Assembly (NCBI RefSeq): GCF_006345805.1
Contig: NC_043007.1
Span: forward strand, 5,890,001 to 5,954,000
Origin: Octopus sinensis
Taxonomy: Eukaryota
Reading direction: 5' to 3'
Length of the DNA: 64,000 bases
Below the pieces are notes generated by a model, which was not told the origin of the DNA, did not search any database, and saw only the letters and a program-made list of their open reading frames with translations. Positions 1 to 13,250 of the stretch are shown one piece after another. Each line of letters opens with the position of its first letter. The stretch's first letter is position 1. The position numbers were made by a program, and so were the translations under genes.

Positions 1-164
1 GTATCGAACCTGCATTATCAGTATCCCCTGTTTATTCACGTTCGTTTAATTTAATTTTATTTTATTTATTTATTTGTTTTTATCTACTTACTTTCTCATT
101 TCTTTTTTTATTTGCATTTATCTAATTCAATTTAATTTATTATATTTTGTTTATGTATATAATT

Positions 165-505
165 ATTTGGGCCTTGAGAAACACCGGCGGTTTCCTGAAC
201 CCGCATCTGTTTCTAGTCTATATAAACGACATTTCAGGCGTAATAAAGGACAGCAAAGTGAAAATATTCGCCGACAACTCTAAGCTCCATAAACTTATCA
301 ACGGAGAAGACCAAACTGAATTCCAGTCTGATCTACATGCTGGACGGCAATGAGCAGACAAAAACAAAATGCAACTAAACGAGAGATAATCTGAGATTAT
401 GCACTTTGGAAGAATTACTATGCTAAAACAACCATATTATCTTCCTACAGGTGACCCGCTCACAGCGTATGATAATATCAGAGACCGAGGAGTGACTGTT
501 GAAAT
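165..505 (+). mobile_element. CR1/L2-type LINE RT fragment (also about 24825-25160, 43490-43830, 63115-63455)
   Basis: LFLVYINDI...VKIFADNSKL (degenerate FADD motif) and DNIRDLGV. Confidence 0.75.
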
Positions 506-508
506 CAA

Positions 509-546
<38 letters not shown>

Positions 547-550
<4 letters not shown>

Positions 551-1570
551 AGATCTGGGGACTGTGGTGGCCAGATAAGAATTTCAACTTCACTAGAATG
601 TTCATTGTGTCATTCAGTAAGAACTTTAGCTGTGTGAATTGATGCATTATCGTCCTGTCCTGAAAGTTTGCGTTCGCATCTAGAAACTTCTCTGAAGCCA
701 TAGAATGAATTTGATCAGATAAAATGCTTAAATAGTCTTGAGTATTAATTCTGCCTTGAAGGGAAACCATTAGGCCGGCAGATTTCCAAGATAGAGCCCC
801 GTCCCAGGTCATCAGAAATCTTCCTCCATATTTAACTGTTCGAAGATGGCAGTTTGGGTCAAATGATTCTTTTGGCTGTCTCCACATGTCTACCCGGTTG
901 GTGGGCGGAAATAAGGTAAAGGATGATTCGTCGGAGAAAGTAACATTTTTCCACTGTTCTAGGGATCAATTCTGTAGGTTTTTACTCCACTCTAAACACT
1001 TTGCAACATTTGTTTTTGAAAGTAGTGGTTTATTGGTTGTAGACCTGGCGTGAAATCCGGCTTTCTGCTGCTCCTGGCGAGCAGTTTTTGTAGAAACAGG
1101 GTCCTCGAGGCGGTCATTAAGCTCGGCAGTAATTTTGAGAGCTGTGCTTTTGTGAGCTTTTCTGACAATTCGCGGAACATTAAGAAAGTCTGAAAGTTTT
1201 GGTTTTCTCCTGGTGTTTTGTTACGGCGAGGATGTTTTTTTCCTCTTTCTCAAAGGCTGTCATTACTTACGAGGCAGTAATTCTTGAGACATCAAACATT
1301 TCGGCTGCTTTCGTTATGCTAGCGCCTGCCATGTAGGCACCAACAATTTGACCTCTTTGAAAGTCCGATACATCTGTCATTTTAATGAATTTCAATTACC
1401 TTTCTCTGATGAAATCTGAAAAGAAACAGCAATTTTAGCAAAAAATATTAAGCAACACTAATAATAAATAAAAAAAACATAAATATAAAGAAGACTTTGA
1501 CGGTTTTACAGATATTTCAAAGTTATGATGCAATGATGCTAGGTTTTTCCACTATTTTGTCCTACACCTG
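547..1570 (-). mobile_element. Degenerate Tc1/mariner transposon, one end only (also about 25235-26257, 44262-45071, 63528-64000)
   Basis: TVKYGGRFLMTWD...SLQGRINTQDYLSIL...FQD and PGRKPKLS transposase motifs. A TA-flanked terminus CAGGTGTAGGACAAAATAGTGG lies at 1570. Confidence 0.85.
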
Positions 1571-1754
1571 TATATGTACAAGCCTAGATAAGTAACTAAA
1601 AGCATGAGAATACATGGATAAAAGGTACGAATCTACTAATACATACATAGAAACATAAATGCATGCATAAAGCATACATACATACATACATACATACATA
1701 TAATACATAAATATATTTCATAATATATATATACATATATTATACTAATTTCAG

Positions 1755-1806
1755 CGCTCAGAGCTGCAACAAAGTGGCGTAACACCAGCATCACGCGACT
1801 CAGTAC
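1755..1806 (+). CDS. PEBP4-like gene copy 0, exon 3 (52 nt; RSELQQSGVTPASRDSV+C)
   Basis: Bounded by tttcag| and |gtaagt, phase 0 to 1. It joins exon 4 in frame (C+CT = Pro) and is homologous to 28866-28914 and 45810-45858. Confidence 0.85.
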
Positions 1807-1965
1807 GTAAGTACTGTTTTCACTACGTTATTTACATTATTTACATTCGATGGATATTTGTCCTCATTTTTGTTGTTGTTAACACATCGTTTCTGCTGTT
1901 ATACCCTGAAGCCTTCATCAGGTGTCTTGAGGGAATTTCGAAACTGGGTTCTCATTCCTAAGGTA

Positions 1966-2044
<79 letters not shown>

Positions 2045-2047
<3 letters not shown>

Positions 2048-5000
2048 TAGTTTATTTTTATAGCATGCTTTCACTTCACTACCGAGCGCAGCTCTGTGTG
2101 CCTTGGGTATGTGCTGTGATTTGTTGTGATGCTCTGATGGTTATTGTATGGAAAGTGTTCTGCGTAGGATGTGTGCAGTGCCTAGTAGTGCAATTTTCTG
2201 TATGTTATATGTGTTTGTAAGTCCTGGTGTTTTTGTTATGCATTTGTCTGAATATTTTTTTATCATGCCTAATGCACCTACTATGATAGGAATTGTTTCT
2301 ATCTTCAGATTCCACATTCTAGTTACTTCTATTTCCAGGTCTTTGTATTTTGAGAGTTTCTCCATTTCTTTTAGAGACACGTTGTCATCTGCCGGTATTG
2401 ATACATCAATTAGAAAGCATTTTTTTTTCTTCATGATCTCTGACAACTCTATCTGGTCTGTTGGCCTTAATTTCTCTATCTGTGTGTATCGGCATATCCC
2501 AGAGTATGGTTGCTTTCTCGTTTTCTGTGACCTTTTCTGGTGTGTGCCTATACCATCTTTTTTCTGTTGTTATTCCATAATGTTGGCATAGCTTCCAATG
2601 TATGTAGGTTCCAACTCTGTCATGTCTGTGAATATATTCCTTCTTAGCCAGGACTGGGCAACTAGAGATAATATGATTTATTGTTTCTTGTCCATCTCCA
2701 CATATTCTGCAGTTACTTGTAATATTTCTTTTCATTACATGTTTTTGGTAATTTCTGGTGGGGAGGCTTTGGTCTTGTGCTGCAATTAAAAATCCCTCTG
2801 TTTCTGCTTTGAGTCCTGAGCTTCTCAACCATTGCTGGGATTTTTCTTTGTCTATTTCTTTTGCGTTTAGTTTAGTGCAGTATTTACCATGAAGGGGCTT
2901 TTCTTGCCATCGTTTTATCATGGTTCGTTGCTGTTCTATTTTTAGTTTGGATTTCATTTGTTTTATAGCTTTTGTTGTTTCTTCATCATCTTCTTCTTCT
3001 TTATGTTTTTTAGGTGGTATGATTTCTTGTTTGTATTTGTCAGCTTCCTTAAATACTGAGAACAGTTTTTTGTTTTGCTCGTGTTTTGCTGCTATCTGGA
3101 TCAGTTTTCATTCCTTCTGAAGTAGGTATTTTTGCAGTCCTATGGTGGTTATTTTATAGTAGTTTTCCAGCTGTATAAGGCCTCTACCACCTTCTATACG
3201 TTGTATATATAGTCTTTCTATGTCAGATTTTGGGTGATGCATCCTAGATCCTGTCAGTATTTTTCTTGTTTTCCTATCTATTTTGGACAGTTCATTTCGT
3301 GTCCAGTTAAGGATATTGTAGCTGTAACTTATAACTGGGACAGCTAAAGTGTTGATATCTATTATCTTTTTTAGCATTGAGCTCTGTTTTTAGTATTGAT
3401 CTAACTCGTCTATAATATTCTTTTTTTATTTTCTCTTTCATTTGTGTGTGTTGTGTCTTATCTAGTTCATGGATTCCTAAGTATTTGTAAGTTTGGCTTT
3501 GGTCTAATTCTTTTATTTCATTGGTTTTATCTAGTGTGATGTTGTTACTCTTAACTAGTTTTCCTCTTTTCATGGTTACTTTGGCGCATTTTTCTAATCC
3601 AAATTTCATATCTATTTCTTTGGTAAATCCCTGAACTGTCATTAATTGTGTTTCCAGCTGTTAGTCATTTGCAGCGTATAGTTTTAGGTCATCCATATAT
3701 AAAAGGTGGCTGATCGTTTTGCCGTAACATTTATATCCGCATCCAGTTCTATGTAGCATATCAGATAGAGGTGACAGTCCCAAGCAGAAAAGGAATGGAG
3801 ATAGCGTGTCTCCCTGGAATATTCCTCTTCTAATGGGGATGTCTTTGGTTTTCATGAGTCCCTCTTTTGTTTGGAGGTGTAGGACTGTTTGCCATTTATT
3901 CATAGAGTGCTCTATGAATTTTATGATTGTTGGTGCTACTTTGTTAATGGCTAGTGTTTCGAGGATCCATGTGTGGGGGATGCTATCAAACGCCATCTTT
4001 TAGTCAATCCAGGCCATACTGAGGCCTTTCTTCTTTCTGTGGCTGTCTTCAGTTACGGCTTTATTAATCATTAGTTGATCTTTACAGCCATATGAGCCTT
4101 TACGGCATCCTTTCTGCTCTTCTGGGAACAGTTTGTTTCGTCCAGGTGCTTGTTCAGCCTTTGTGATATCACTGCAGTAAATGCCTTGAACATAGTAGGG
4201 AGGCAGGTTATTAGTCTGTAGTTTTCTGGTTTTGCTGTTTCATTTGATTCGGGAATTAAGATGGTTTTCCCCTTCGTGAGCCATTCAGGCATTGTCTCTG
4301 GCTCTGCTAGTATGCTGTTAAAGTTTTCAGCCAGCTTTTTGTGCATTCCTGTTAGATATTTCAACCAGAAGTTGGGGATCTTGTCATGCCCAGGTGCCTT
4401 CCAGTTGCTTAGTTTTTGCAGTGCCTGGGTGACCTCTTCAGTTGTTATGGAGGTCCAAAGTTGTTCAGATGCCGAGTTTGTTATTTTCATACTCCTTTTT
4501 TTTGGCTGTTCGTTCGCCGACCATATTTCTCTCCAGAATTCTTCCAATTCTTCTGCCGTTGGTGCTGCAGTGACTTCTATTTTATTTTTTCCCAGTTCTT
4601 GCTAGAACTTTTTGGGGTTAGAGTTGAACTTTTTGTTCTGTTCAAAGAAGCGTTGGCGTCTCTCGTACCGGCGGATCCTTTGAGCTTTGGCAAGGATATC
4701 TTGCTTCAGCTTTTCTTTTATCTCCGGCAAATCTTTTTCTGTGATGTTATATTTGCGGAGCATTTTTGTTCTCTTTTTGTTGCTCAGTAGCGTTGCTTGT
4801 TTGCTGATTTCATTAAGATTTGACAGGTCCTTTCTAATTTTTTTTATTTTGTTTTGGATGTTATTTATCCACAGGGTTTGTTTGGGTGGTGGTACTCCTG
4901 TTTGGGCGGGTTTGGGTGAGTATCCAGCTTCTTTTGTGACTGCAGTGGCTGCTGCGTATATCAAGTCATTTAGTTCAGTGATATCACTTTTTTTTGTTTC

Positions 5001-6001
5001 AGTGGCTAGTTCAGTGACGGCTAGGTTTATGCTGTTTATAATTGGTGTTGTTATTTCGTTTATTTTGATTCTTGGGAGGTATGGTCGGTGGTCCATTTTG
5101 GGCTCTGTGGTTTTCAGTTCTTTGATTATTTTATTTTTTATATTATCATAATTATTAGGCTCCCCTTCGTTGTTTACATCGTGTTTGTTGGGAATGTTGC
5201 GTTTGTCTTCGTGTTTTACAGTTTCAGTGTTTATATTATTGGGCATTGTTGTGTGGCTTCTATCTACATTTTCCTGGTGTATTTTTTCTTTTAAATGTTC
5301 TATTTCTATTTCTGATATTTTTTTGGCTTTGAGAATGTATCTTCGTACGTTAGCTAATTTATTAGGGTTCATTGCTGTATCCAAGTCTATATCTCTATTT
5401 TTCCTTCCATATTTTATATGTATGTGTTGTTGTATTTTCATTTTTTGGGTAGAGCATTGCTGTGAAGTATGCGTGTAAGATAGAAATGTATTCCTCACGT
5501 GTCCATTTACGTCTTTTGGGTTTTATTTGCGGGACATGAGGTACAACATCCGGCCCATTATTTTGACGGTCGTCATTTTCGTAGGGTACCGGTCCGTTTA
5601 TTTCTGTTGTCACATTATTTCGCACGTGTAGTTTTTCGTACATTTTTTGTTGTAAGTTTAATGTACGTACCGCTCGATTATTATTCTTGGGTTGAATAGT
5701 ATCGGTGGCATTTAATTTCTTCGTAGTTCCTTTGTACATGGTGTTTGAGGTCGGGGATGATCGTGATGTTCCACGCATGTTTACATGTGTTGTGTTAGAG
5801 GTGGAGAGAATATCGAGTCAAAATACATCATTTCGTTTCGAAAATAGTAATAAATTTCAATTAGTATTACTTACTCGGTTACAGTCCAATTCTTTGGTAG
5901 TAAATCTTTGGCTCCATAGGATGTCCTTGTTTTCGATGTTTGTGGATAGATTTCGGAGCTCTGTATTTTCCTTCTTACATCTTAAACGTCCCCGGTGTTC
6001 C
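2045..6001 (-). mobile_element. R4/Dong-clade non-LTR retrotransposon, near full length, frameshifted
   Basis: RT motifs (GIFQGDTLSP, LYMDDLKL), CCHC knuckle CRIC..ETINHIISSC, RHD and a restriction-like endonuclease (RPD...LIDVSIP...EKLSKY). Flanked on both sides by (TAA)n. Confidence 0.93.
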
Positions 6002-6589
6002 TTATTATTATTATTATTATTATTAGTAGTAGTAGTAGTATTATTATTATTATTATTATTATTATCATTATTATTATTACTATTATCATCATTATTATTA
6101 TTAGTAGTAGTAGTCCTAATAGTATTAACATTCGTTTTCGCCGTTCTCCGAGCTTCCTCGAAAGCGGGGTGGTTCGTATCCTGGTTTATGCTGGTTACAC
6201 TGTTAGTCGTACGGGTGTGCTACATGTGCTGTCCCGTTCGGTGTTAGTGTTGCCGCTGCATTGACTTTATGCTATGATTATACATATTTAGGTTGTAAGA
6301 ATTAAGTTTTCGCTTATTCGATGAAGTAACAACAGATTCTATTTTGGGCGGAGAGGAGGAGGATTCTTTCAGAGTAGATTTATTGACGATTGAATGCTAA
6401 ATATTAACTAAACAACAAATATTCTATCACACACACACACACACACACACACATATTTTTGTACGTATGTGCATGTGTGTGTAGGAGGAGGAGAAGAAGA
6501 GAGTAGAAGAAAAAGAAGGTGGAGGTGGAGGGAGAAGAAGAGAGGGATAGGAGAAAGGATGAAAAGGGAAAAGAACGAGAAAGCGAGAA

Positions 6590-7200
6590 CGAATACTTGG
6601 AAGGGAGAAGACGTGTAATGTGGGGAATAAGGAGAGCGATCCTACAATCGCCAGGATCAAATTACAACGGACAAGTGAAAAGGAAATGCTGGCGTAGATC
6701 CTTAAATATCTGGTGATATAATAACGAAAGATAGCGAACTTGTGGTTGAGTGGCGCAGGCCCGGTCGTCATCCGGAGACTACTTGTACACAAAGCCAGAA
6801 GCAAAGAAGGTGATGGGATGAGGAGGCAAACCGAACGGTGATTGAATGCCGAATCAGGCGTGAACCCAGTAGAAGGGGATTCCGAACGCGAATGAAAGCG
6901 AAAGTGAATGAAATAGGACTCTTCGAAATAAGTGAGCAGGCAAGTGCAATAGGGGCCAAAGAGTGGTTAACAGACATGGAAATTGAAGAGATGAAAAGGA
7001 AATGAGAAAATAGAAATAATACTTCACCAACAGATGACGTGCCTAGTGAGCAAAGAGAAATGAATGGATGGCGGTAGTGAAGGCGTAGAGCAAAGGGATC
7101 ACATTCGGGTTTACTTTGCACTATGTTAGTCCGACTGCTTCGGGTTGTACTGGAGATCATCAGGAAGTGGGTGCTTCCTGAAGGGTTTACTGCCGACACC
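6590..7200 (+). mobile_element. Old 5' remnant of a second R4/Dong-like LINE family (also about 29690-30290, 46660-47260)
   Basis: RR*WDEEANRTVIECRIRREPSRRGFRTRM...SEQASAIGAKEWLTDMEIEEMKR resembles the Dong N-terminal domain (compare RRKWTREE...SEIEIEHLK in the element at 2045-6001). Confidence 0.5.
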
Positions 7201-7996
7201 TAGGATATTGTCCCCTTCGTTCTTTCAGCACTAGGTTTATGCATGCATTTTTGCTGCTGTTGTTTAACAGGGGCACTCTGAGGGGAAATGATTAAGTGAG
7301 TGAGAGGGAGTGAGAGAGTAAAAGAGGTAGAGAGAGGAAGAGAGAGAGAGAGGTAGAGAGAGGAGGTGAGAGAGAGAGAGAGAGAAACGGTCTACGGCCA
7401 TTCGAACGCCATCTGCACTGATCTCAAGCCTCGACCACGTTTGTCTCTATCACTGTTTCTGTGTAAGTTTCCTGTTGATGTCACGACTGGCTTTAATGTC
7501 TCTGCAAAGGATTTTCTTTACAGACCAGTCAACTATCCCCAATGCTGGTGTATCATTACTCATACTGCAGATCTCCTCCCCGGATACTCTTATCCGCCTA
7601 CTTTATTTTTTCTAAGTCAGACGTAATATTCTCCAGCCATTTTGGCTTTATCCATAACACCTTTGTTTAGGTTTTCATCAATGCCTAGATTTTTGTAGCA
7701 TTGATAGAGAGAAACTGTCGATGAACAGGTTTTGAGTCTGGGAGACTGAATTTCCACGTTCAAAAATCAAATATGAACATTCCTTTCAACATTCCTTTTT
7801 ATGAAAATGTCAATATTTTAGCATAAACCTTCAGCCCATCTACAAAGAAATTATGGGTTGCGATGTTAAGTCTTGTAGTTTCAGACCTCGGATGTGGCCA
7901 TTCGATTTTTGTAGCAGAAATGATAAGATATGCATATGTTTATATAAATTCAATTTCTGCCAGTAATTATTTTTCTTTTATTTTTTTCTTCAACAG

Positions 7997-8289
7997 CTTA
8001 CAAACCCCCTTCTCCGGTGGGTGGAGTCAGTCACTTTCAGTTCTTGCTGTATCCACAACCACGCAATGCTATCACGTTAGCCCCTAAGCTGGCATCAACT
8101 CGACGAATTGATATGGTTACCTTTGAAAGAGAGAACAATATAAAGCATACAATGAGCTTTCAATACACCATTTCTCTACCAGGATCACCTACTGCAGAAG
8201 AAGCATCAACAGCTTCTGATCTGATCAACCAGAGAATTAGTTCTTTATTTATTTTAATTTTAACATATTTTGCCCAGTTACTATACTAA
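7997..8289 (+). CDS. PEBP4-like gene copy 0, terminal exon 4
   Basis: Polypyrimidine tract and caacag| acceptor. It encodes [21 protein letters not shown], matching the PEBP Y-x-x-P-x-P...HRYxFxxY-x-Q motif, and ends in the hydrophobic [17 protein letters not shown]. Confidence 0.9.
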
Positions 8290-8305
8290 TTAATTTAGAG
8301 AAGAG

Positions 8306-8417
<112 letters not shown>

Positions 8418-8640
8418 TATATATACATACATACATACATATATATGGCGTATCGTCAGATCCCGGCCGACAGGTTTTTGGGATCCTGCAATACGCCATA
8501 ATGTTAAGCCCTTTATAGACGAGAAACCTAAGGTAATCCCATAAACGGGCCTTCCCCATTTTTAATATGTACTGCTCTAAATCCTGGAGTGTCCTTCTAC
8601 TTTCGGATTAATATGTTTAACAAACGATAAATATATATAC

Positions 8641-8677
<37 letters not shown>

Positions 8678-9689
8678 TAAACAATAAATCGTTATATCTT
8701 CTTTTCAATGTTTCCATTTTCATTCCGTGTTTTCTTTTCACCCGAACAAGTAAAGTGTGTGTAGGCAATGTGTTCTGTTGTTATATATTCTTATATTGCA
8801 CTCTCTCCTAGTCCTTCTTTCTCTATACTGAGTCCTGCGCTCCTTTACGTATTTCTCTGCATTTTTTTTCCTTCATTCATTTTCATTTACAAATCCTTTT
8901 ATTCCAGAGATAATTTATTAACTGTCAGAACTACGATGGGGTCTGATGTCAGAACTGTAACGCGGGGTGTTGACAGAATCGTTAGCAGCCCCCGGATAAA
9001 AATCATTTAGCAGCATATTCTCTGTTGTACGTTCTGAGTTCAAACACCACCGAGGCCGAGTTTTCCTTTAATTCTTTCAGTGGGGAGGAAGAGTAACTTC
9101 TAGTTGAGCACTGGAACTGATGTGATCGACTACATTCGCTTCCCCATAATTTCGGGTCTTCTGCCTTATAGTAAAATGCATTATTATTATTGCATGCTGG
9201 CAGAATCGTGAGCGTACCGAACAAAATGAATGACGGCATTTCGTCCGTCTGTTCCTTCTGGGTGTCCACAGAGGTTGAAATTATCTTTTATCTTCTTAGT
9301 GTATTATATATGCGTGTTTGTCTATATGTCTTTATGTAGATATGTATGTAAGCACGTATATATATAAAAATACACATGCACACACCTTCACGTAAGCAAA
9401 TTTGAAACATTGATGCGTCATAATCAAACATAAATACAACCACGCGCACACCTAGACACATGCTCACTTATAGAAGCACACGTATAAAGAACGGATGTGT
9501 TAGAAACAAGGAGAGAAAGATCACGTCAAACAGAAGTCTAGTGGTGACAATTTTGAAGATAAATCAAAGTATATTTATTAAAATAAATACGGAAATATTT
9601 GCATCTAAACTGCAAATAATCTTTTCGTCAATATCTCCAAAGACAACGATTATAACATCTTCAGTGCTGTAACTCCACTGACAGAAATA

Positions 9690-9884
9690 ATGTTCTTCTG
9701 GAATGTTTTCCGAGGGAAGATCCTACTGCTTTCTTGCATGGTCTTTCACAGTTTGGCATACAATGCGAATGAGAACTTATGTGCCAGACCACAGCTGGTT
9801 ATTCTTCCTAAGGAAATATACAAAAAATGTGACGTCGTCCTTAAGAAAGAAGATGTAAAGAAACCGCCAACAGTGAAAGTTCCG
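9690..9884 (+). CDS. PEBP4-like gene copy A, exon 1 (signal peptide plus Cys pair)
   Basis: Encodes MFFWNVFRGKILLLSCMVFHSLA-YNANENLCARPQLVILPKEIYKKCDVVLKKEDVKKPPTVKVP, followed by a |gtaggt donor in phase 0. It resembles the PEBP4 N-terminus as recalled from memory (C..LEVFYPE..GC..PIVKFP). Confidence 0.88.
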
Positions 9885-11691
9885 GTAGGTTATCTATGAA
9901 TAATACTAACATTTTGTCTGATTTAGGCCATCAATTTGTTAAAAGACGATGAGTTGATACCATCGTCCCTTGCTTGATTGCTTCTTTATTTTATCGATCT
10001 GGAAAGGCTGAAACGCAAAGTTGACCCTGTGTGGGGGATTTGAATGTAAATAGTTGGAAAGCATGTTTCTCGATGCTTTAACAATTCTGCTAGTTCCCCG
10101 CCAGCAGTTTTAAGATGAGGTGATAAGTAGGTGCCACAAATTCCACTACTTGACAGTTGCTTTCATTCATTTCGACTCCCAAGGGAATGAAAGGCTAAGT
10201 TAACCCTGGCGGGGTTCCTACTCAAAATCTGAAGAGCCGAAAAAGATTGCACGAAACAAATTTTTACCGATGCTCTAAAAATTCTGTCAATTTATAAAAA
10301 TTTCAGCCATTGGTGACAAGGCCCCAAAATGTTGACAATGAAAATATAATTAACAAAAACAGTAGGAGATTTATTTCGGGTAAAAAGAGGAGAAATCTAC
10401 AAAAATGACAAGTGCAAAATGTCAACACGATGAGGTGGCAAGTAAGAAGTAATTCCTCTTGATTAACTCGGAGTATTTTCCACGAAACTCTGGGTGACGC
10501 TGGCGCATCAAATGTTAAGTGCGCTCTCCTAGGTTGTTGTCTTTTGTTTAGAGTCGCCAAGTCAAAATGGGTTCATTTCGCCTCATCAGACTCGCTGTGT
10601 TTATATTTTGTAAAGACAATGGAGGAGAGTGATTTCCTCCTCCCTTCAACTGTCTACTTTAAGAATTTGATGTGGGCATTGTTCGAGAACATCCTTAACC
10701 AAATCCTTTTAACCGCGTCCAACACAACTTTCTTTACCATAGCCACTTAGTAGAAGTAGGTTAGTCGCCTTTTCTTGTCAATAGAAAGCAGTGGGCCGAT
10801 CTTACCTTATAGACTGGGATGACGGCCGAATCTGTTTTACATGTGATGGCATACATTGATAGAAACTCACAAATCAGGAAAAACAGGAATACAGAATGAA
10901 TAAGTGCTTGATGTTTCTAGGACACGCCCGACATTGCCAAGACTCCAGAATCGGTAGAGCTTGTCCGGAGCAGACGGTGCTTCTTAACCCCTGTTGTACC
11001 GAAAGAGACCAAGGTTCATTTGGTCGCTTTGAGCAGCAGAATAAAATCGAAAGTGCATACACTACAATCTGGTCTCGTATTTCCTGAAATATGACCCTGT
11101 AGTCAGGTGGTTCTGCATAACCGCGTGATGCAGACATTAACTATTTCCGCAAGTGTAGTGTTTTCACTTCCTGCTCTGGGTCACCAGCTGTATTTCGTCA
11201 AACTCTTCTACACTGAAACACCTTCAGGTGCAACCAGCACCTGGAATTCAGTTGTCATCATCGTACGATTTTGTTGAGAAATGGTCTTCAGTTCTACTTC
11301 AGTCATAGAATTAAGCACGACCTTGAAGGTGTTACGCTGGTCACTAACCTTCATTATTTGTCGTCTTTAATTAAGCGACATCATTGCAAAATGCCGAGAC
11401 ATTTCATGTGGTTATGCTCACTGCTCTAGGTTGCTTCTTTCTGTAAATGAAAAGCCACTGTCCAATGGTGTCTTTCTCTCGTCCAGGATGGCACGGCTGA
11501 TCATACTTCTTAAAAACGTTTGTTGATTTGAACTGGAGTGGGATACTGCAACTTCTCATCTTAAGACAGACGAAATACCACCAGGCATTTCGCCCGGCGT
11601 GCTAACGTTGCTGCCAGTTGGCCGTGCTAAGCAGTCAAGATATTGTTAGTCATCACAATCACCGTTTGATGTCTTTGGCGAAGACAGGTGG

Positions 11692-11990
11692 AGACGCAAT
11701 GGCCCTGTATTTAGGGCAGCGGACACGCGGTCGGAGGATCGCGGTTTCCATTCCCAGACCGGGCGTTGTGAGTGTTTATTGAGCGAAAACACCTAAAGCT
11801 CCACGAGGCTCCGGCAGGGGATGGTGGCGAACCCTGCTGTACTCTTTCGCCACAACTTTCTCGCACTCTTTCTTCGAATTACTGTTGGCCTGCTCGCTTC
11901 ATTTGAAGGCACAGACAATGCGACGCGCATTGTGACCAGCGATGTGTAACAACATCTGATAGCCTGGTCGTTCACGGTGATCACGGTGAT
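11692..11990 (+). mobile_element. tRNA-derived SINE (also 35314-35620, 52662-52970)
   Basis: Head GCAATGGCCCAGTGGTTAGGGCAGCGG...GGTTTCGATTCCC with A and B boxes, clearest in the 35314 and 52662 copies. Confidence 0.8.
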
Positions 11991-12588
11991 ATTAGACAGA
12001 ATGGGATAACCAACCCAAGACTGTGAGATGTTTTCAGAACACTTATTATGAAATAGTCTTACTGCTGTTTCTGGAATATTATGGATATCCCTTCATCAGA
12101 AAAAATATCAGAGTTCGAGTTGCTGTAGAAAAATAGGAAATATGGAGAGAAAAAACGGAATGAAGATATGATGATCTCTGAAGATGATATGTTAAGGTCT
12201 AAACGGCTGATATCAATCATGGAATGTATATTCAAATTCAAGTTGCCTACTTCAGAGAACGTTGTCGTCTTTATCATTTAGCCAAGATCACCCTGTATAT
12301 AATCGTCCGCGCGTGTTTGTGTGGATGTATTTTATACGTGAATGTATCACGAAACATTTATACACACACAAATATAAACACACATATATGCAAATTTATT
12401 TATGTATGTATAAAAACGATCATGCGTATATCTATACATATGTATATCGAGTTTATGAGAGGTATATGTATCCAGAAGACCCAAAGAGTGTCGGGTAACG
12501 CTAAGTAAGTTCTATGGCTAGAGCGTGCTAGAACTCTTGGTTCGATAATAATACGAGTGAGAAGTCTAACGTGGGTCTTGTATTAGCA

Positions 12589-12673
<85 letters not shown>

Positions 12674-12959
12674 TAGACAGAAGGAGATAACAAATTCAAG
12701 GCTGTGAGGAGTTTTCAGGACATTTATAATGAAAAAGTCTTACAGCTGTTTCTGGGATATTATGGATATCCCTTCATCAGAAAAAGTTCGAATTACTGTG
12801 GAAAAAAAAGAGAATATAACAGGAAATGAGAGAATGAAAGTAGAAATAAGATATATATAAGGATATTGTAGTTGCAGTAGTTGCTTGTTTGTTAGTTTGT
12901 TGAGCAAAGTGGTCTTCGTCCCTTTAGTGGAAGAAGTCCGAAACGTGGTGCTTTGCTAT

Positions 12960-13250
12960 TCGTAAGACCCGCAGTAGGGAAAGCAGTTCAAACCCCGACA
13001 CCGAGAGCATCGAAGGATGGATGAATGCGCATCCAGGCTCAGCGGTTGCATAGGAAGTCGGGGACAAGAAACAGGAAGAAAGAATGAAAGTTGGGGCGAA
13101 AGAGTACAACAGGGGTCGGCACCACCCCCTGCCGGAGCTTCGTAGAGCTTTAGGCGTTTTCGCTCAATAAATACACACAACGCCCGGTCTGGGAATCGGA
13201 ACGATGATCCTCTGACCGCGAGTCCGCTGCCCTAACCATTGGGCCATTGC
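12960..13250 (-). mobile_element. Same tRNA-derived SINE family, inverted (also about 36250-36535, 53530-53824)
   Basis: The reverse complement reads GCAATGGCCCAATGGTTAGGGCAGCGGACTCGCGGTC...GAGCGAAAACGCCTAAAGCTC. Confidence 0.8.

Noticed and set aside
8768-9010. Hydrophobic 80-aa ORF in each intergenic spacer
   Set aside because: It comes from T-rich low-complexity sequence, with no recognisable motif or splice support.
10896-11087. Cys-rich 63-aa ORF (MNKCLMFLGHARHCQD...) conserved in three copies
   Set aside because: Its conservation equals that of the surrounding intron. It has no signal peptide and no place in the PEBP frame. The region 10420-11380 may be a decayed retroelement, but I could not assign it.
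11692-11765. tRNA-like sequence
   Set aside because: It is a SINE head with a SINE body attached, not a complete tRNA cloverleaf.
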